The translations under genes and the position numbers were made by a program. Below the pieces are notes generated by a model, which was not told the origin of the DNA, ran no database searches, and saw only the letters and a list, made by a program, of their open reading frames with translations. This document shows positions 18,506-29,251 of a DNA stretch of 64,000 bases, piece after piece. Location: positions 1 to 64,000 of the forward strand of contig CAVVUN010000004.1 of NCBI GenBank assembly GCA_963751455.1, written 5' to 3'. This stretch comes from Nitrospirota bacterium (GTDB taxonomy: Bacteria > Nitrospirota > UBA9217). Each line of letters starts with the position of its first letter. The first letter of the stretch is position 1.

Positions 18506-20272
18506 ATGAAAAAAGCTTCGGAAATCGCGCGCCTTGAGCAGAAAATCACGCGCTTGTCCACGCTTATCGATGTCAACGGCCTTATCAGCTCCTCACTTAA
18601 CCTGGACCAGATACTCGAGAACGTGATGACCATTTCGAAGCAGGTAATGAACGCGGACGCTTCCAGCCTGATGCTGATAGATGAGAAGACGAACGAACTG
18701 GTATACCAGGTCGCGCTCGGCACTGTCGGCGAAAAGCTGAAACAGGAATTCCGGCTTAAGATGGGGCAAGGAATCGCCGGCTCGGTGGCGGAGGAAGGAA
18801 AACCGCTGTTGATCGAAGATGTCTATACTCATCCCAAGTTCTACCGGGGTCACGACGATGCCACCGGGTACCGCACCAGATCCATGATCGCGGTGCCACT
18901 CAAGATAGGCGACAGAATAACCGGCGTGGCCCAGGTGATCAACCGGCTCGACGGAAAGCCGTTTGACCGCGATGACCTTGATCTCTTTATCGCGCTCTGC
19001 GGTATGGCAGCAATCGCCATTGAGAACGCGAAGATGCACCGCAGCCTCATGGAACGACAGCGGTTTGTGAAGGACATGGAGTTCGCGCGTACCGTGCAGG
19101 AAAGCTTTTTGCCTCAAAAGTCCCCGGAGATCACGGACTACGCGTTCAGCTCGCACTATACTCCCGCGCAGGAAGTGGGCGGCGATTTTTACGATTTTCT
19201 GCATCTTGACGACAGACGGATGGGAATCGTGATCGGCGATGTTTCCGGGAAGGGCGTCCCCGCGGCGCTGTACATGGCGAAGCTCGGCAGCGATCTGAAG
19301 ACACTGGCGGTCACGGAGCAGGACCCCGGATCAGCGCTCGGAAAACTGAACGACCTTCTGGTAGAGCGCAGCCGGCGGGGTATGTTTGCGACCCTTCTCT
19401 ATCTCGAACTCGATTCCGTGAGCGGTCTCTTGACCATGTCGAATGCCGGTCATCTTCCTCCAATCATAAAAAAAAGCGATGGCACTGTGAAAAAAACCGG
19501 TCGTGCGGGAGGATCTCCGGTGGGCATTCTCCCCGGTATGCGATTCGGCCAGGAAAGCCTTCAACTCGATCCAGGGGACACGGTGATCCTTTACACGGAC
19601 GGAATAATCGAAGCTATGAACTCAAAGGAGGAGCTTTACGGCTATGTCCGGTTCGAGGATCTGCTTGGGAAAACCGCACCGGAGCCGGAGGCTTTGAAGA
19701 CTGCGATCGTCAGCGACGTCAGCCGCTTCACCGGATTGAGCGCACAGCACGACGACATGACGCTTGTCTGTTTTGGTATCTTGAAAGGCCGAAATCGGAT
19801 GTCTGAGGATACAAGCGGTGCGGGAACCCAATTGAGTTCCAAACGAAAAAACGTGAAGCCGGAAACGATCCGTATTACCGTTCCGAGCCATCCTAAATTC
19901 CTTTATGTACTGCGCAGTGCCCTCTACCCCGTGCTTATCGATGCGGGCTTCAACAAAAAAGACACAAGAAAAATTACACTTGCGGTAGACGAAGCCTCCT
20001 CAAATGTCATCAAGCACGCCTATGAAGGAGACACGACAAAGCCGATTACCCTGAATGTGAGCGTCGGCGACGAACTCAGGATAGAATTGAAAGACGTAGG
20101 AAAGAAGGTCAACGCCTCCATGATAGCTCCACGCGACCTTTCCGATATCCGGCCGGGCGGGCTGGGAACGCATTTCATGAGTGAAGTGTTTGACACCGTC
20201 AGCTACGACACAAGCGGTGAGCAGGGCACAGTACTGACGCTTGTCAAAAAACGAATACCGGCACAGGGATGA
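18506..20272 (+). CDS. GAF + PP2C (SpoIIE/RsbU) phosphatase fused to an RsbW-like HATPase domain
   Basis: GAF (GQGIAG, TRSMIAVPL); VGGDFYD, IGDVSGKG, YTDGIIEA, DDMT; C-terminal LAVDEASSNVIKHAY and GGLGTH. Confidence 0.88.
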   Translation: MKKASEIARLEQKITRLSTLIDVNGLISSSLNLDQILENVMTISKQVMNADASSLMLIDEKTNELVYQVALGTVGEKLKQEFRLKMGQGIAGSVAEEGKPLLIEDVYTHPKFYRGHDDATGYRTRSMIAVPLKIGDRITGVAQVINRLDGKPFDRDDLDLFIALCGMAAIAIENAKMHRSLMERQRFVKDMEFARTVQESFLPQKSPEITDYAFSSHYTPAQEVGGDFYDFLHLDDRRMGIVIGDVSGKGVPAALYMAKLGSDLKTLAVTEQDPGSALGKLNDLLVERSRRGMFATLLYLELDSVSGLLTMSNAGHLPPIIKKSDGTVKKTGRAGGSPVGILPGMRFGQESLQLDPGDTVILYTDGIIEAMNSKEELYGYVRFEDLLGKTAPEPEALKTAIVSDVSRFTGLSAQHDDMTLVCFGILKGRNRMSEDTSGAGTQLSSKRKNVKPETIRITVPSHPKFLYVLRSALYPVLIDAGFNKKDTRKITLAVDEASSNVIKHAYEGDTTKPITLNVSVGDELRIELKDVGKKVNASMIAPRDLSDIRPGGLGTHFMSEVFDTVSYDTSGEQGTVLTLVKKRIPAQG

Positions 20273-20281
20273 AGTCATTGT

Positions 20282-20629
20282 ATGAAAGTTGAGATCGTTA
20301 CCGAAAAACATGACTCAGGGTATGTGATGAAGCTGAAAGGCGATGTAGATATGAACTCGTCGGGCGACGTGCGGAGCGCGCTCGCGGCCCTTTTCAAACA
20401 GAGCCCTTCAGGAATCAAGGCGCTCTTTATCGATCTGTCGCAGGTCAGGTACATGGACAGCTCCGGGATCGCAACCCTTGTGGAGGCAATGCAGACCTGC
20501 ATGAAGCAGAAAGCGCGTCTTCGGCTTGTCGATCTGAGCCCCGCGGTCAATGATGTGTTCGAGCTGGCACGCTTGAAAAGCGTATTTGAGATATTTCCAG
20601 GCATGGTAGAAGCAATGCGCGGACTGTGA
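20282..20629 (+). CDS. STAS-domain anti-sigma factor antagonist (RsbV/SpoIIAA-like)
   Basis: LKGDVD, IDLSQVRYMDSSGIATLV. Confidence 0.92.
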   Translation: MKVEIVTEKHDSGYVMKLKGDVDMNSSGDVRSALAALFKQSPSGIKALFIDLSQVRYMDSSGIATLVEAMQTCMKQKARLRLVDLSPAVNDVFELARLKSVFEIFPGMVEAMRGL

Positions 20630-20673
20630 TCCTTTAATCTCCGACCCGGACAAGCCGAAAAGATATTTCTGTT

Positions 20674-20845
20674 AACCACGGATGAACACGCCCTGTACTC
20701 GCGCTTGCACTTGTAAACGCCGGGTGCAGGCGGATGGCCACACCCTGCACTCGCGCTTCGCTCTCGTAAACGCTGGGTGCAGGCAGATAATAAATCAAAT
20801 TCTTATTTTCTTGTTTTCATCCGTGTAATCGGTGTCTATCCGTGG
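20674..20845. repeat. Periodic inverted repeat (CACGGAT-type arms) carrying two inserted ~43-bp elements (20689-20730, 20741-20783)
   Basis: Removing the two inserts restores AACCACGGATGAACACGGATGGCCACAGAT, which pairs with ATCCGTGTAATCGGTGTCTATCCGTGG. Confidence 0.7.
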
Positions 20846-20921
20846 CAAACAGACTTTAAAGTACTTTACGAACCAACATCTTGAATTTTGAGTCAAGTTT
20901 TGGAAAAAGTCAAAAGCGTTT

Positions 20922-21011
20922 ACCGCGAAGGCGCGAAGAGCGCGAGGAAGGCAAAAGATTTAACAAATTATTGCTTCAGGGTTTCCTTCGCGTCCTTCGC
21001 GCCTTCGCGGT
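20922..21011. repeat. Long inverted repeat with periodic CGCGAAG arms
   Basis: ACCGCGAAGGCGCGAAGAGCGCGAGG … CCTTCGCGTCCTTCGCGCCTTCGCGGT. Confidence 0.75.
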
Positions 21012-21202
21012 GAGACCGGTTTTAAGGTTTTGACTCGTTTCAAGGGTCTGAGGCCTTTGCCTCGTTAAAATTCTTTTTGCCACTTTGAGAAGAATTTCAT
21101 TCTTCAGTAACCGAGCCAGAGTTTCAATATAAGAATTGCATTATTCGTTCGGACTTGCCGTCGTCACCGAGAAACTATCCAGGTCCGAAGAGCGGGTAAA
21201 AA

Positions 21203-21991
21203 GTGCTGAAGATTTTTGGATACCTCGGCAGAACCTTTATCGTGTTCCTGCAGGACCTTTCAAGCCTGTACTATCTTTTTACTGAAACGGTCCGGCAAAC
21301 GTTCGTTGTTTTGAAAGACCGGAAAAAGCTCCGGCAGGCGAATGTGCTGATCCACGTGGATGAGATAGGAGCGCAATCGCTTATGCTGGTCCTGACCGTC
21401 TCGGCCCTTCTCGGTATCGCGCTGACAGTACTGATCTCGTTCCAGTTGAAAGAAATAGGGGCGCTCGGTTATATACCCGGTTTTGTGGCGGTTGCCATAT
21501 TCCGGGAGATGGGCCCGCTGATTACCGCCATGATTGTGGCCGCCCGGATCGGCGCCGCGTTCACTGCCCGCATTGGTACAATGCAGGTTTCCGAAGAGAT
21601 CCTGGCGCTCGAGACCATGGCCGTCAACCCTGTCCGCTTACTGATCGTCCAGCGCTTCATCGGGCTTCTCATTGCCCTCCCGGCGCTAACTGTTCTCGGC
21701 AGTTTTACTGCCGTGTTCGGAGGGTTTATATTCGGCTCCGGCCGGCTCGGTATCCGGCCGGATACTTATTTGCGGGAGACCGTTGACGTGCTTATGTCCC
21801 GGGACATCTATTCAGGCGTCGTCAAAGCGGTTGTTTTTGCTGTTGTAATCGTTTTGATCAGCTGTTACCGCGGTCTTGCAGTCGAGGGCGGCGCCGAGGA
21901 CGTCGGTAAGGCCACCATGCGCTCCGTAGTCTCGTCGATGCTGGCGATCATCGTACTGGATACGGTTATGACCACGGCTTTTTACGGATAA
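21203..21991 (+). CDS. mlaE: MlaE family ABC transporter permease
   Basis: REMGPLITA, ARIGTMQVSEEILALETMAVNP, GGAEDVGKAT. Confidence 0.92.
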   Translation: MLKIFGYLGRTFIVFLQDLSSLYYLFTETVRQTFVVLKDRKKLRQANVLIHVDEIGAQSLMLVLTVSALLGIALTVLISFQLKEIGALGYIPGFVAVAIFREMGPLITAMIVAARIGAAFTARIGTMQVSEEILALETMAVNPVRLLIVQRFIGLLIALPALTVLGSFTAVFGGFIFGSGRLGIRPDTYLRETVDVLMSRDIYSGVVKAVVFAVVIVLISCYRGLAVEGGAEDVGKATMRSVVSSMLAIIVLDTVMTTAFYG

Positions 21992-22001
21992 CGGAGAAAG
22001 C

Positions 22002-22787
22002 ATGCTGCATGTGCAGGACATCCATAAAAATTACGGTGACCGGAAGGTTCTGAGCGGCGTCAGTTTCTCCGCGGAGCGAAAAAAAATCACGTATATACTG
22101 GGATCGAGCGGAGGGGGGAAGAGCACGCTGCTCAAAATCATGATAGGAGCAGTAAAGCCGGCTGCCGGCAAAGTTCGTTTCGCCGATATGTCAATCACAA
22201 GCTTGAGCGATTCTCAACTTGATCCCTTTCGAAAAAAAATGGGAATGCTGTTTCAGCATGGGGCCCTCATAAATTCCATGACTGTTGCGGAGAATATTGC
22301 GCTGCCGATCAGAGAACATACAGGGCTCGACGACGCGATCATCGGGATCATGGTCAAAATGAAGCTGGAACTCGTCGGTCTCCGGGATTTCGAGGGCCTC
22401 TATCCCGGCGAGTTATCCGGCGGCATGCAGAAGCGCGTCGCTCTTGCCCGCGCCCTGGCCCTTGATCCGGAAATCGTTTTTTTCGATGAGCCTACTTCGG
22501 GCCTGGATCCCATTGTTTCCGCGGTAATAACGAAACTCATATCGGATCTGAACCGTCTGCTCGGCATTACCTGCATTGTGGTTACCCATGCAGTTGAGGA
22601 GGCAATGAGGACGGCTGACAAAATAGTCATCCTGTACAAGGGGAAGGTTCTCGCAGAGGGGACCCCGACCGACATTCGAACCAGCGCTGATCCCGTTGTC
22701 CAACAGTTTATTACCGGAAGCCCTGATGGCCCGGTCTCGTTCCGTACATCAAGCAGGGACTATCGGGAAGACCTGCTGATAGGATGA
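22002..22787 (+). CDS. mlaF: MlaF family ABC transporter ATPase
   Basis: GSSGGGKS, LSGGMQKRVALARALALDP, FDEPTSGLDP, PVVQQFI. Confidence 0.92.
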   Translation: MLHVQDIHKNYGDRKVLSGVSFSAERKKITYILGSSGGGKSTLLKIMIGAVKPAAGKVRFADMSITSLSDSQLDPFRKKMGMLFQHGALINSMTVAENIALPIREHTGLDDAIIGIMVKMKLELVGLRDFEGLYPGELSGGMQKRVALARALALDPEIVFFDEPTSGLDPIVSAVITKLISDLNRLLGITCIVVTHAVEEAMRTADKIVILYKGKVLAEGTPTDIRTSADPVVQQFITGSPDGPVSFRTSSRDYREDLLIG

Positions 22788-22804
22788 AGTATGGAGCGAG
22801 CCGA

Positions 22805-22848
22805 CACCCTGCACTCGCGGCTTGGCACTCGTAAACGCTGGGTGCGAG
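22805..22848. repeat. ~43-bp dispersed palindromic element
   Basis: CACCCTGCACTCGCGGCTTGGCACTCGTAAACGCTGGGTGC matches the copies at 20689 and 20741. Confidence 0.7.
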
Positions 22849-22909
22849 ACCATGTCGGCGTTACTATACGGCAACTCGGTTGCCTTGGTCCAAACATTAA
22901 GGAGTAAGT

Positions 22910-23710
22910 ATGGAGTACCGCCGCAGTGAAATACGCGCAGGCATCTTTCTTCTGCTCTCGTTCGCCGTGTTTGTCGTTATGGTTTTTGCGGTAAGCGACA
23001 TCAAGAGCATTTTTAAAAAGAAAAAAGAAATACGCGTCTTGTTTGCGTTCAGCGAGGGTGTCGAGAAGAACGCCCCTGTCAGATATTCAGGCCTGAAAAT
23101 CGGAAAGGTCGAGGGTGTGCGGATTGCTCCTGAACATCATGACCAGGTCGAAGTTACCCTGAGTGTATACGGCGACGTGGTCGTCAGGCAGGACACGAAA
23201 GCGGCCATAAAAACGCTGGGATTGGTGGGAGGCAAGTACGTTGAATTAAGCACGGGATCGTTCGATTCGCCGCCCCTGGCGCCAGGCCAGCTACTGAAAG
23301 GCGAAGTTTCCTTGAAACTCGAAGATCTGACAGCGGCTGCGCTTACCGTCGTCGGCAAGCTTATGAATATCGCGAACAATCTCGACGGGGTTCTTGGCGA
23401 TCCGGCTCTTTCGAAGTCACTGAAGACAACGGTACAGAACCTCCAGGAGGTTTCGGACAACGTCAAGGTCATGACATCGGGCAAGGAGGAGGTCGCCCGA
23501 AGTCTCAAAAATCTGCCGGACATCATGAAGAAACTCGACACCAGCGCGGACAATCTAAAAACCATAACTGAGAAAACCGATAAACTGGTTGGTGAGAACG
23601 GAAAAAATATAGACGCCATGATGGAAAGTTTCAGGGACATGGCAAAGAACCTCAAGGAAACCTCGGACGACGTCAAGGGCAATCCCTGGAAACTGATCAG
23701 GAAACCATGA
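22910..23710 (+). CDS. mlaD: MlaD/MCE family protein
   Basis: N-terminal TM helix; APVRYSGLKIGKV, TLGLVGGKYVEL; helical C-terminus ending NPWKLI. Confidence 0.9.
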   Translation: MEYRRSEIRAGIFLLLSFAVFVVMVFAVSDIKSIFKKKKEIRVLFAFSEGVEKNAPVRYSGLKIGKVEGVRIAPEHHDQVEVTLSVYGDVVVRQDTKAAIKTLGLVGGKYVELSTGSFDSPPLAPGQLLKGEVSLKLEDLTAAALTVVGKLMNIANNLDGVLGDPALSKSLKTTVQNLQEVSDNVKVMTSGKEEVARSLKNLPDIMKKLDTSADNLKTITEKTDKLVGENGKNIDAMMESFRDMAKNLKETSDDVKGNPWKLIRKP

Positions 23711-23767
23711 TTCGATTGCGGATTGATGATTGCGAATTTCGGAGTGAAAACCACCCCTCTCTTTAGT

Positions 23768-23898
23768 CCTCTCCCCTGAGGGGAGAGGGTTGGGTGAGGG
23801 GACAATGCGCATACCCTGCATTCGCGCTGACGCACAGCCTGCATTTGCGCTTCGCACTCATAAGCGCTGGCCGCAGGCTCGCAAGCGCTGGGCACAAG
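23768..23898. repeat. REP-like CCTCTCCCC…GAGAGGG…GGTGAGGGG element followed by two nested ~43-bp elements
   Basis: REP-like unit 23768-23801; outer element 23812-23898 interrupted by inner copy 23835-23877. Confidence 0.65.
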
Positions 23899-23931
23899 AT
23901 TCCGCAATTCGAAAATGAATAAGGAGAGTTC

Positions 23932-25188
23932 ATGAGCATTCAGGCCATCAAGGGTGTAAAGGATATTCTGCCCCAGGATATGCCCGCATGGCATTTTCTG
24001 GAGGCAACGGCAAGAAAGCTGTTCGAGAGTTACGGTTTCTCAGAGATCCGCGTTCCGATATTCGAATACACCGAGTTGTTTGCCCGCAGTATCGGGGCTT
24101 CCACGGACATAGTGGAAAAGGAAATGTATACTTTCGAGGACCGGGATGGTAAAAAAATTACACTCCGGCCCGAAGGGACAGCCGGAGTTGTGCGCGCTTT
24201 CATAGAGCACAAAATGCACGTGGACACCCAGCTTACCAAGCTCTATTACGCGGGACCGATGTTCAGGCATGAGCGGCCGCAGAAAGGACGCTACCGGCAA
24301 TTTTATCAAATCGGCGTCGAAGCCCTCGGCCTGGATCATCCGCATGTGGATATCGAAATACTGGTCATGCTTAGCACGCTTTTCGCAAGGCTCGGCATCG
24401 AAGACCTCACGCTTCAGATAAATTCACTTGGAGACCAGTCTTGCCGGGGAGCATATCGAGACGCTTTAAAAAAATATCTGAACGCAAAACTGCCGACCCT
24501 GTGCGAAGACTGCCGCCGGCGGTACGAGACGAACCCGCTGCGCGTGCTTGATTGTAAGGTGGACGCTGACAAATTCAGCGATTCACCGGTGATGCTCGAC
24601 TATCTCTGCGGTCCCTGCAAAGATCACTTTGAGACCGTGGAAGCAGGCCTGCAAAAGCTCGGCGTCCGCTTTTCCGTGAACCCGAGACTGGTTCGGGGCC
24701 TCGACTATTATACGAGGACCACGTTCGAGCTGGTTATGGGTCACATGGGAGCGCAGAATACGGTGGCAGCAGGCGGCCGGTATGACGGGCTGGTTCAGGA
24801 AATCGGCGGTCCTGCAACGCCGGGAATAGGATTTGCTCTTGGAGTCGAACGGGCCGTCTCTCTCATGAACCTCTCTCGTGTGAAGCCTGCTTATCCTGAC
24901 GTGTTCATCGCGGCCCTCGGCCAGGAAGCCGTAGCATTCGTACTTCCCCTGATTCACGATCTCCGTTCCTCGGGCATTCGGGTTGAGACTGATTATACGG
25001 GAGCGAGCCTCAAGAGCCAGATGAAGAAGGCTGATAAGTCAGGCGCTCGCCATACCCTGATTGTGGGCGAGCAGGAACTGAACTCAGAGACCGCGGTACT
25101 CCGGAACATGCAAAACAAGGAACAAGTTTCCATTGCTCTCGCAAATCTGGTTGCAGAATTAAAGAATAAAATGAAAGCAGGAAGCTAA
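23932..25188 (+). CDS. hisS: Histidine--tRNA ligase
   Basis: DIVEKEMYTF, LRPEGTAG, FRHERPQKGRYRQFYQ, LVRGLDYY, GGRYDGL. Confidence 0.98.
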   Translation: MSIQAIKGVKDILPQDMPAWHFLEATARKLFESYGFSEIRVPIFEYTELFARSIGASTDIVEKEMYTFEDRDGKKITLRPEGTAGVVRAFIEHKMHVDTQLTKLYYAGPMFRHERPQKGRYRQFYQIGVEALGLDHPHVDIEILVMLSTLFARLGIEDLTLQINSLGDQSCRGAYRDALKKYLNAKLPTLCEDCRRRYETNPLRVLDCKVDADKFSDSPVMLDYLCGPCKDHFETVEAGLQKLGVRFSVNPRLVRGLDYYTRTTFELVMGHMGAQNTVAAGGRYDGLVQEIGGPATPGIGFALGVERAVSLMNLSRVKPAYPDVFIAALGQEAVAFVLPLIHDLRSSGIRVETDYTGASLKSQMKKADKSGARHTLIVGEQELNSETAVLRNMQNKEQVSIALANLVAELKNKMKAGS

Positions 25189-25329
25189 GCAGGTATACTT
25201 CGATGGTGACTGTCCGTTTCTAATAATCGCGGTCGGATCCAGTTTTTTAAGCTCTTGATAAAATGCTTCTGGTTTTTAATATCTTTTATTCATGATTATG
25301 AGAAAAATACGTATCCTTGTTGATACGAC

Positions 25330-25818
25330 ATGTCCATAATGAAGATAGGCGTCATTTCCGATACTCACGTTCCGACAATTTCGCCGTCGCTGCCTGCGGC
25401 GGTATTCGAGCTATTCAAAGGTGTGGACTTTATCTTTCACGCGGGGGATATCGTCGTGCTTTCCGTGCTCGAGGAACTGAGGTCTATTGCACCGGTAGAG
25501 GCCGTTGCCGGAAACATGGATGACTCCGAAGTTCAACTCAAACTTCCCCGCAAGAAGGTGTTTTCCCTCAACGGATTTACAATAGGCCTTACTCACGGAA
25601 AATTCAAGATTGACAGCCAGCTGGAGATGGTTAAAAACGAGTTTGACAAGGTCGACATTATCGTCTATGGTCATTCGCATACTCCGTTCTGGGGCAAGGT
25701 AGACGGAATATATTTCCTCAACCCGGGGAGTCCGACCGACAAACGCCACGCACCGTATAATTCCATAGCTCTCCTTGATCTAAACGATGAACCGACCGCG
25801 CAGATTATCAGGATTTGA
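25330..25818 (+). CDS. YfcE/MJ0936-type metallophosphoesterase
   Basis: ISDTH, HAGD, GNMD, THG, GHSH, NPGS. Confidence 0.92.
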   Translation: MSIMKIGVISDTHVPTISPSLPAAVFELFKGVDFIFHAGDIVVLSVLEELRSIAPVEAVAGNMDDSEVQLKLPRKKVFSLNGFTIGLTHGKFKIDSQLEMVKNEFDKVDIIVYGHSHTPFWGKVDGIYFLNPGSPTDKRHAPYNSIALLDLNDEPTAQIIRI

Positions 25819-26093
25819 ATAACGAGACTGCTGAACCTTGCCCGGATAGCCCCCGTCCCCCCCGGGACCGCTGCTTCTTGCATTAAAGCAAACATTCCTT
25901 CTGACCCTTTGCTGTAAATATTAGTGCCTTTGGAAAAAAAATGATTGTTTGTCCGCAAAAGAAGTAATGATATTCATCCCGTCATTTGCCTATTAATAGC
26001 TGGCTTGCGACTTATCTATTTTGTACTGCATATCGAAATTCTTTTTTTGGGTTTTAAGTTGCAAAGACATCAGGTTTATGATATTTTTGGCAT

Positions 26094-27524
26094 ATGGCAC
26101 ATGAAAAAATAAAATTTGGAACGTCCGGATGGCGCGGTGTTATTGCCGACGACTTCACCTTTTCAAGAGTACGCGCCGTCACCCAGGCAATTGCGGACCA
26201 TTTGGCCAACCAGGGACTGAAGGACAAGGGCGTTGTCGTAGGATATGATACCCGTTTTCTCTCTGAACGGTTCGCAGCAGAGGCCGTCAAAGTGCTCGCC
26301 GCAAACGGGATCCGCTCTTATTTATCAAACAGAGACGTACCAACGCCCGCAGTCGCATTTGAGATCATTCGAAGAAAGGCGGCAGGGGGCATAAATTTCA
26401 CCGCAAGCCACAATCCGCCCGAATATAACGGTCTCAAATTTTCGCCTTCATGGGGAGGACCGGCGCTGCCGGAAACAACAAAAGATATAGAAACACGGGC
26501 CAACGCACTTGCGGACAAAAACACCATACCTGTAATGCCGCTTGCGGAAGCCAGGCAAAAAGGCATGTTCGAGGAAACTGATTTCCGAAAGTTCTATCTC
26601 GACGACCTGCGGAAAAAGATCGACTTTGAACCAATTAAAAAAGCGAAACTGAAGATCGCGGTTGATGTTCTCTACGGAACCGGAAGGGACTATCTCGACA
26701 GTGCGCTGCGCGACGCAGGCTGCGCCGTAACCGTGGTGCACGGAAACAGGGACGCGCTGTTCGGAGGCCATTCCCCTGAGCCGTCTGAAGAAAATCTTGT
26801 TGATCTTTCCGCGGTGATGAAGAAAAGCAGGTTCGACATAGGGCTCGGCGTTGACGGAGATGCGGATCGCTTCGGCATTCTCGACCAGGACGGCTCCTAT
26901 ATCAACCCGAACCAAGTCCTGGCGCTGGTCCTCGATTATCTCTGCCGCACACGCGGGTGGAAGGGCGGGGCTGCTCGCTCGATCGCAACCTCTCACCTGG
27001 TTGACGCGGTCGCAAAGAAGCACGGCATTGAAGTGTACGAAACCAGCGTAGGGTTCAAATTTATCGGAGACCTGCTTGTACAGGGAAAGATTATTTTCGG
27101 AGGCGAGGAAAGCGCCGGCATGACGATCAAGGACCATGTGCCGGAAAAGGACGGCATACTCGCCTGCTTGCTCGTAGCCGAGATGGTTTCAAGCGAAAGA
27201 AAATCATTGAAGGAAATGCTCAAGCGTCTGTATAAAGAGGTCGGGACAATCCTCAACGACCGCGTTAATATCCATCTGACGGAAGCGAATCGCGCAGAGG
27301 TAAACGCCCGGCTCAGCCAGCCTTTGAATGAGCTCGGAGGCATGAGGATAAAAGGCAAGAAAACAACGGCAGACGGCACTAAATATATGCTTGAGGACGA
27401 CAGTTGGGTGCTGATGCGCGCTTCAGGCACGGAGCCCGTCGTACGGGTCTATGTAGAGGCTGGGTCAGAGCAGACAATCAGGGAACTGAGCGAGGCAGGC
27501 AGGAAGTTCATATTGGGACAATAA
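26094..27524 (+). CDS. Phosphoglucomutase/phosphomannomutase family protein
   Basis: FGTSGWRG, TASHNP, DGDADR, GEESAG, RASGTEP. Confidence 0.95.
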   Translation: MAHEKIKFGTSGWRGVIADDFTFSRVRAVTQAIADHLANQGLKDKGVVVGYDTRFLSERFAAEAVKVLAANGIRSYLSNRDVPTPAVAFEIIRRKAAGGINFTASHNPPEYNGLKFSPSWGGPALPETTKDIETRANALADKNTIPVMPLAEARQKGMFEETDFRKFYLDDLRKKIDFEPIKKAKLKIAVDVLYGTGRDYLDSALRDAGCAVTVVHGNRDALFGGHSPEPSEENLVDLSAVMKKSRFDIGLGVDGDADRFGILDQDGSYINPNQVLALVLDYLCRTRGWKGGAARSIATSHLVDAVAKKHGIEVYETSVGFKFIGDLLVQGKIIFGGEESAGMTIKDHVPEKDGILACLLVAEMVSSERKSLKEMLKRLYKEVGTILNDRVNIHLTEANRAEVNARLSQPLNELGGMRIKGKKTTADGTKYMLEDDSWVLMRASGTEPVVRVYVEAGSEQTIRELSEAGRKFILGQ

Positions 27525-27530
27525 CTTAAT

Positions 27531-27663
27531 TGCGGATTTCACCCTGCACTCGCGCGAGCCGCTGCTTAGACTCGTTGTCGTACCATCTCGCTACAGAAAC
27601 GCGAGACGGGAATCAAGGGCCTCATAAGCGCTGGGCGCAGGCGGATTGCGGAATGCGGAATCT
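27531..27663. repeat. Heptamer (TGCGGAW) array interrupted by an expanded copy of the ~43-bp element (27540-27641)
   Basis: TGCGGATTT|CACCCTGCACTCGCGC…TCATAAGCGCTGGGCGCAGG|CGGATTGCGGAATGCGGAAT. Confidence 0.65.
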
Positions 27664-27810
27664 GAGATGAATCGATGTTGAAGCGACGGGGAGAAGCGAA
27701 GCGGGAAGTCGATGCACGATCTATGTTGCACGTGCATGATCCATGATGCAGGAATATTCCTTTTGGGATTGTGAAATAATCCGAAATCCGAAATTGAATG
27801 AGGGGGATGA

Positions 27811-29094
<1,284 letters not shown>

Positions 29095-29112
29095 AATTAA
29101 AAAAACTACTTG

Positions 29113-29197
29113 CCACAGAGATCGCAGAGAAAAGCGTGAAAAGAAGTTAAACTGAATTTTAATTTATCTTCCTCCGTGCTCTCTGTGACCTCGGTGG
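29113..29197. repeat. Periodic inverted repeat (CACAGAG-type arms)
   Basis: CCACAGAGATCGCAGAG … CTCTCTGTGACCTCGGTGG. Confidence 0.55.
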
Positions 29198-29251
29198 TAA
29201 AAGGTTTTTTCGTTTTTATTAATTCCGAAACCCACAATCCGCATTTGTATT

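Noticed and set aside
20689-20783. Two ~43-bp repeats 10 bp apart as a possible CRISPR array
   Set aside because: Spacer is too short, other copies are dispersed or nested, and no cas genes are present.
23137-23994. 285-aa minus-strand ORF
   Set aside because: Overlaps mlaD and hisS antisense and runs through intergenic repeats.
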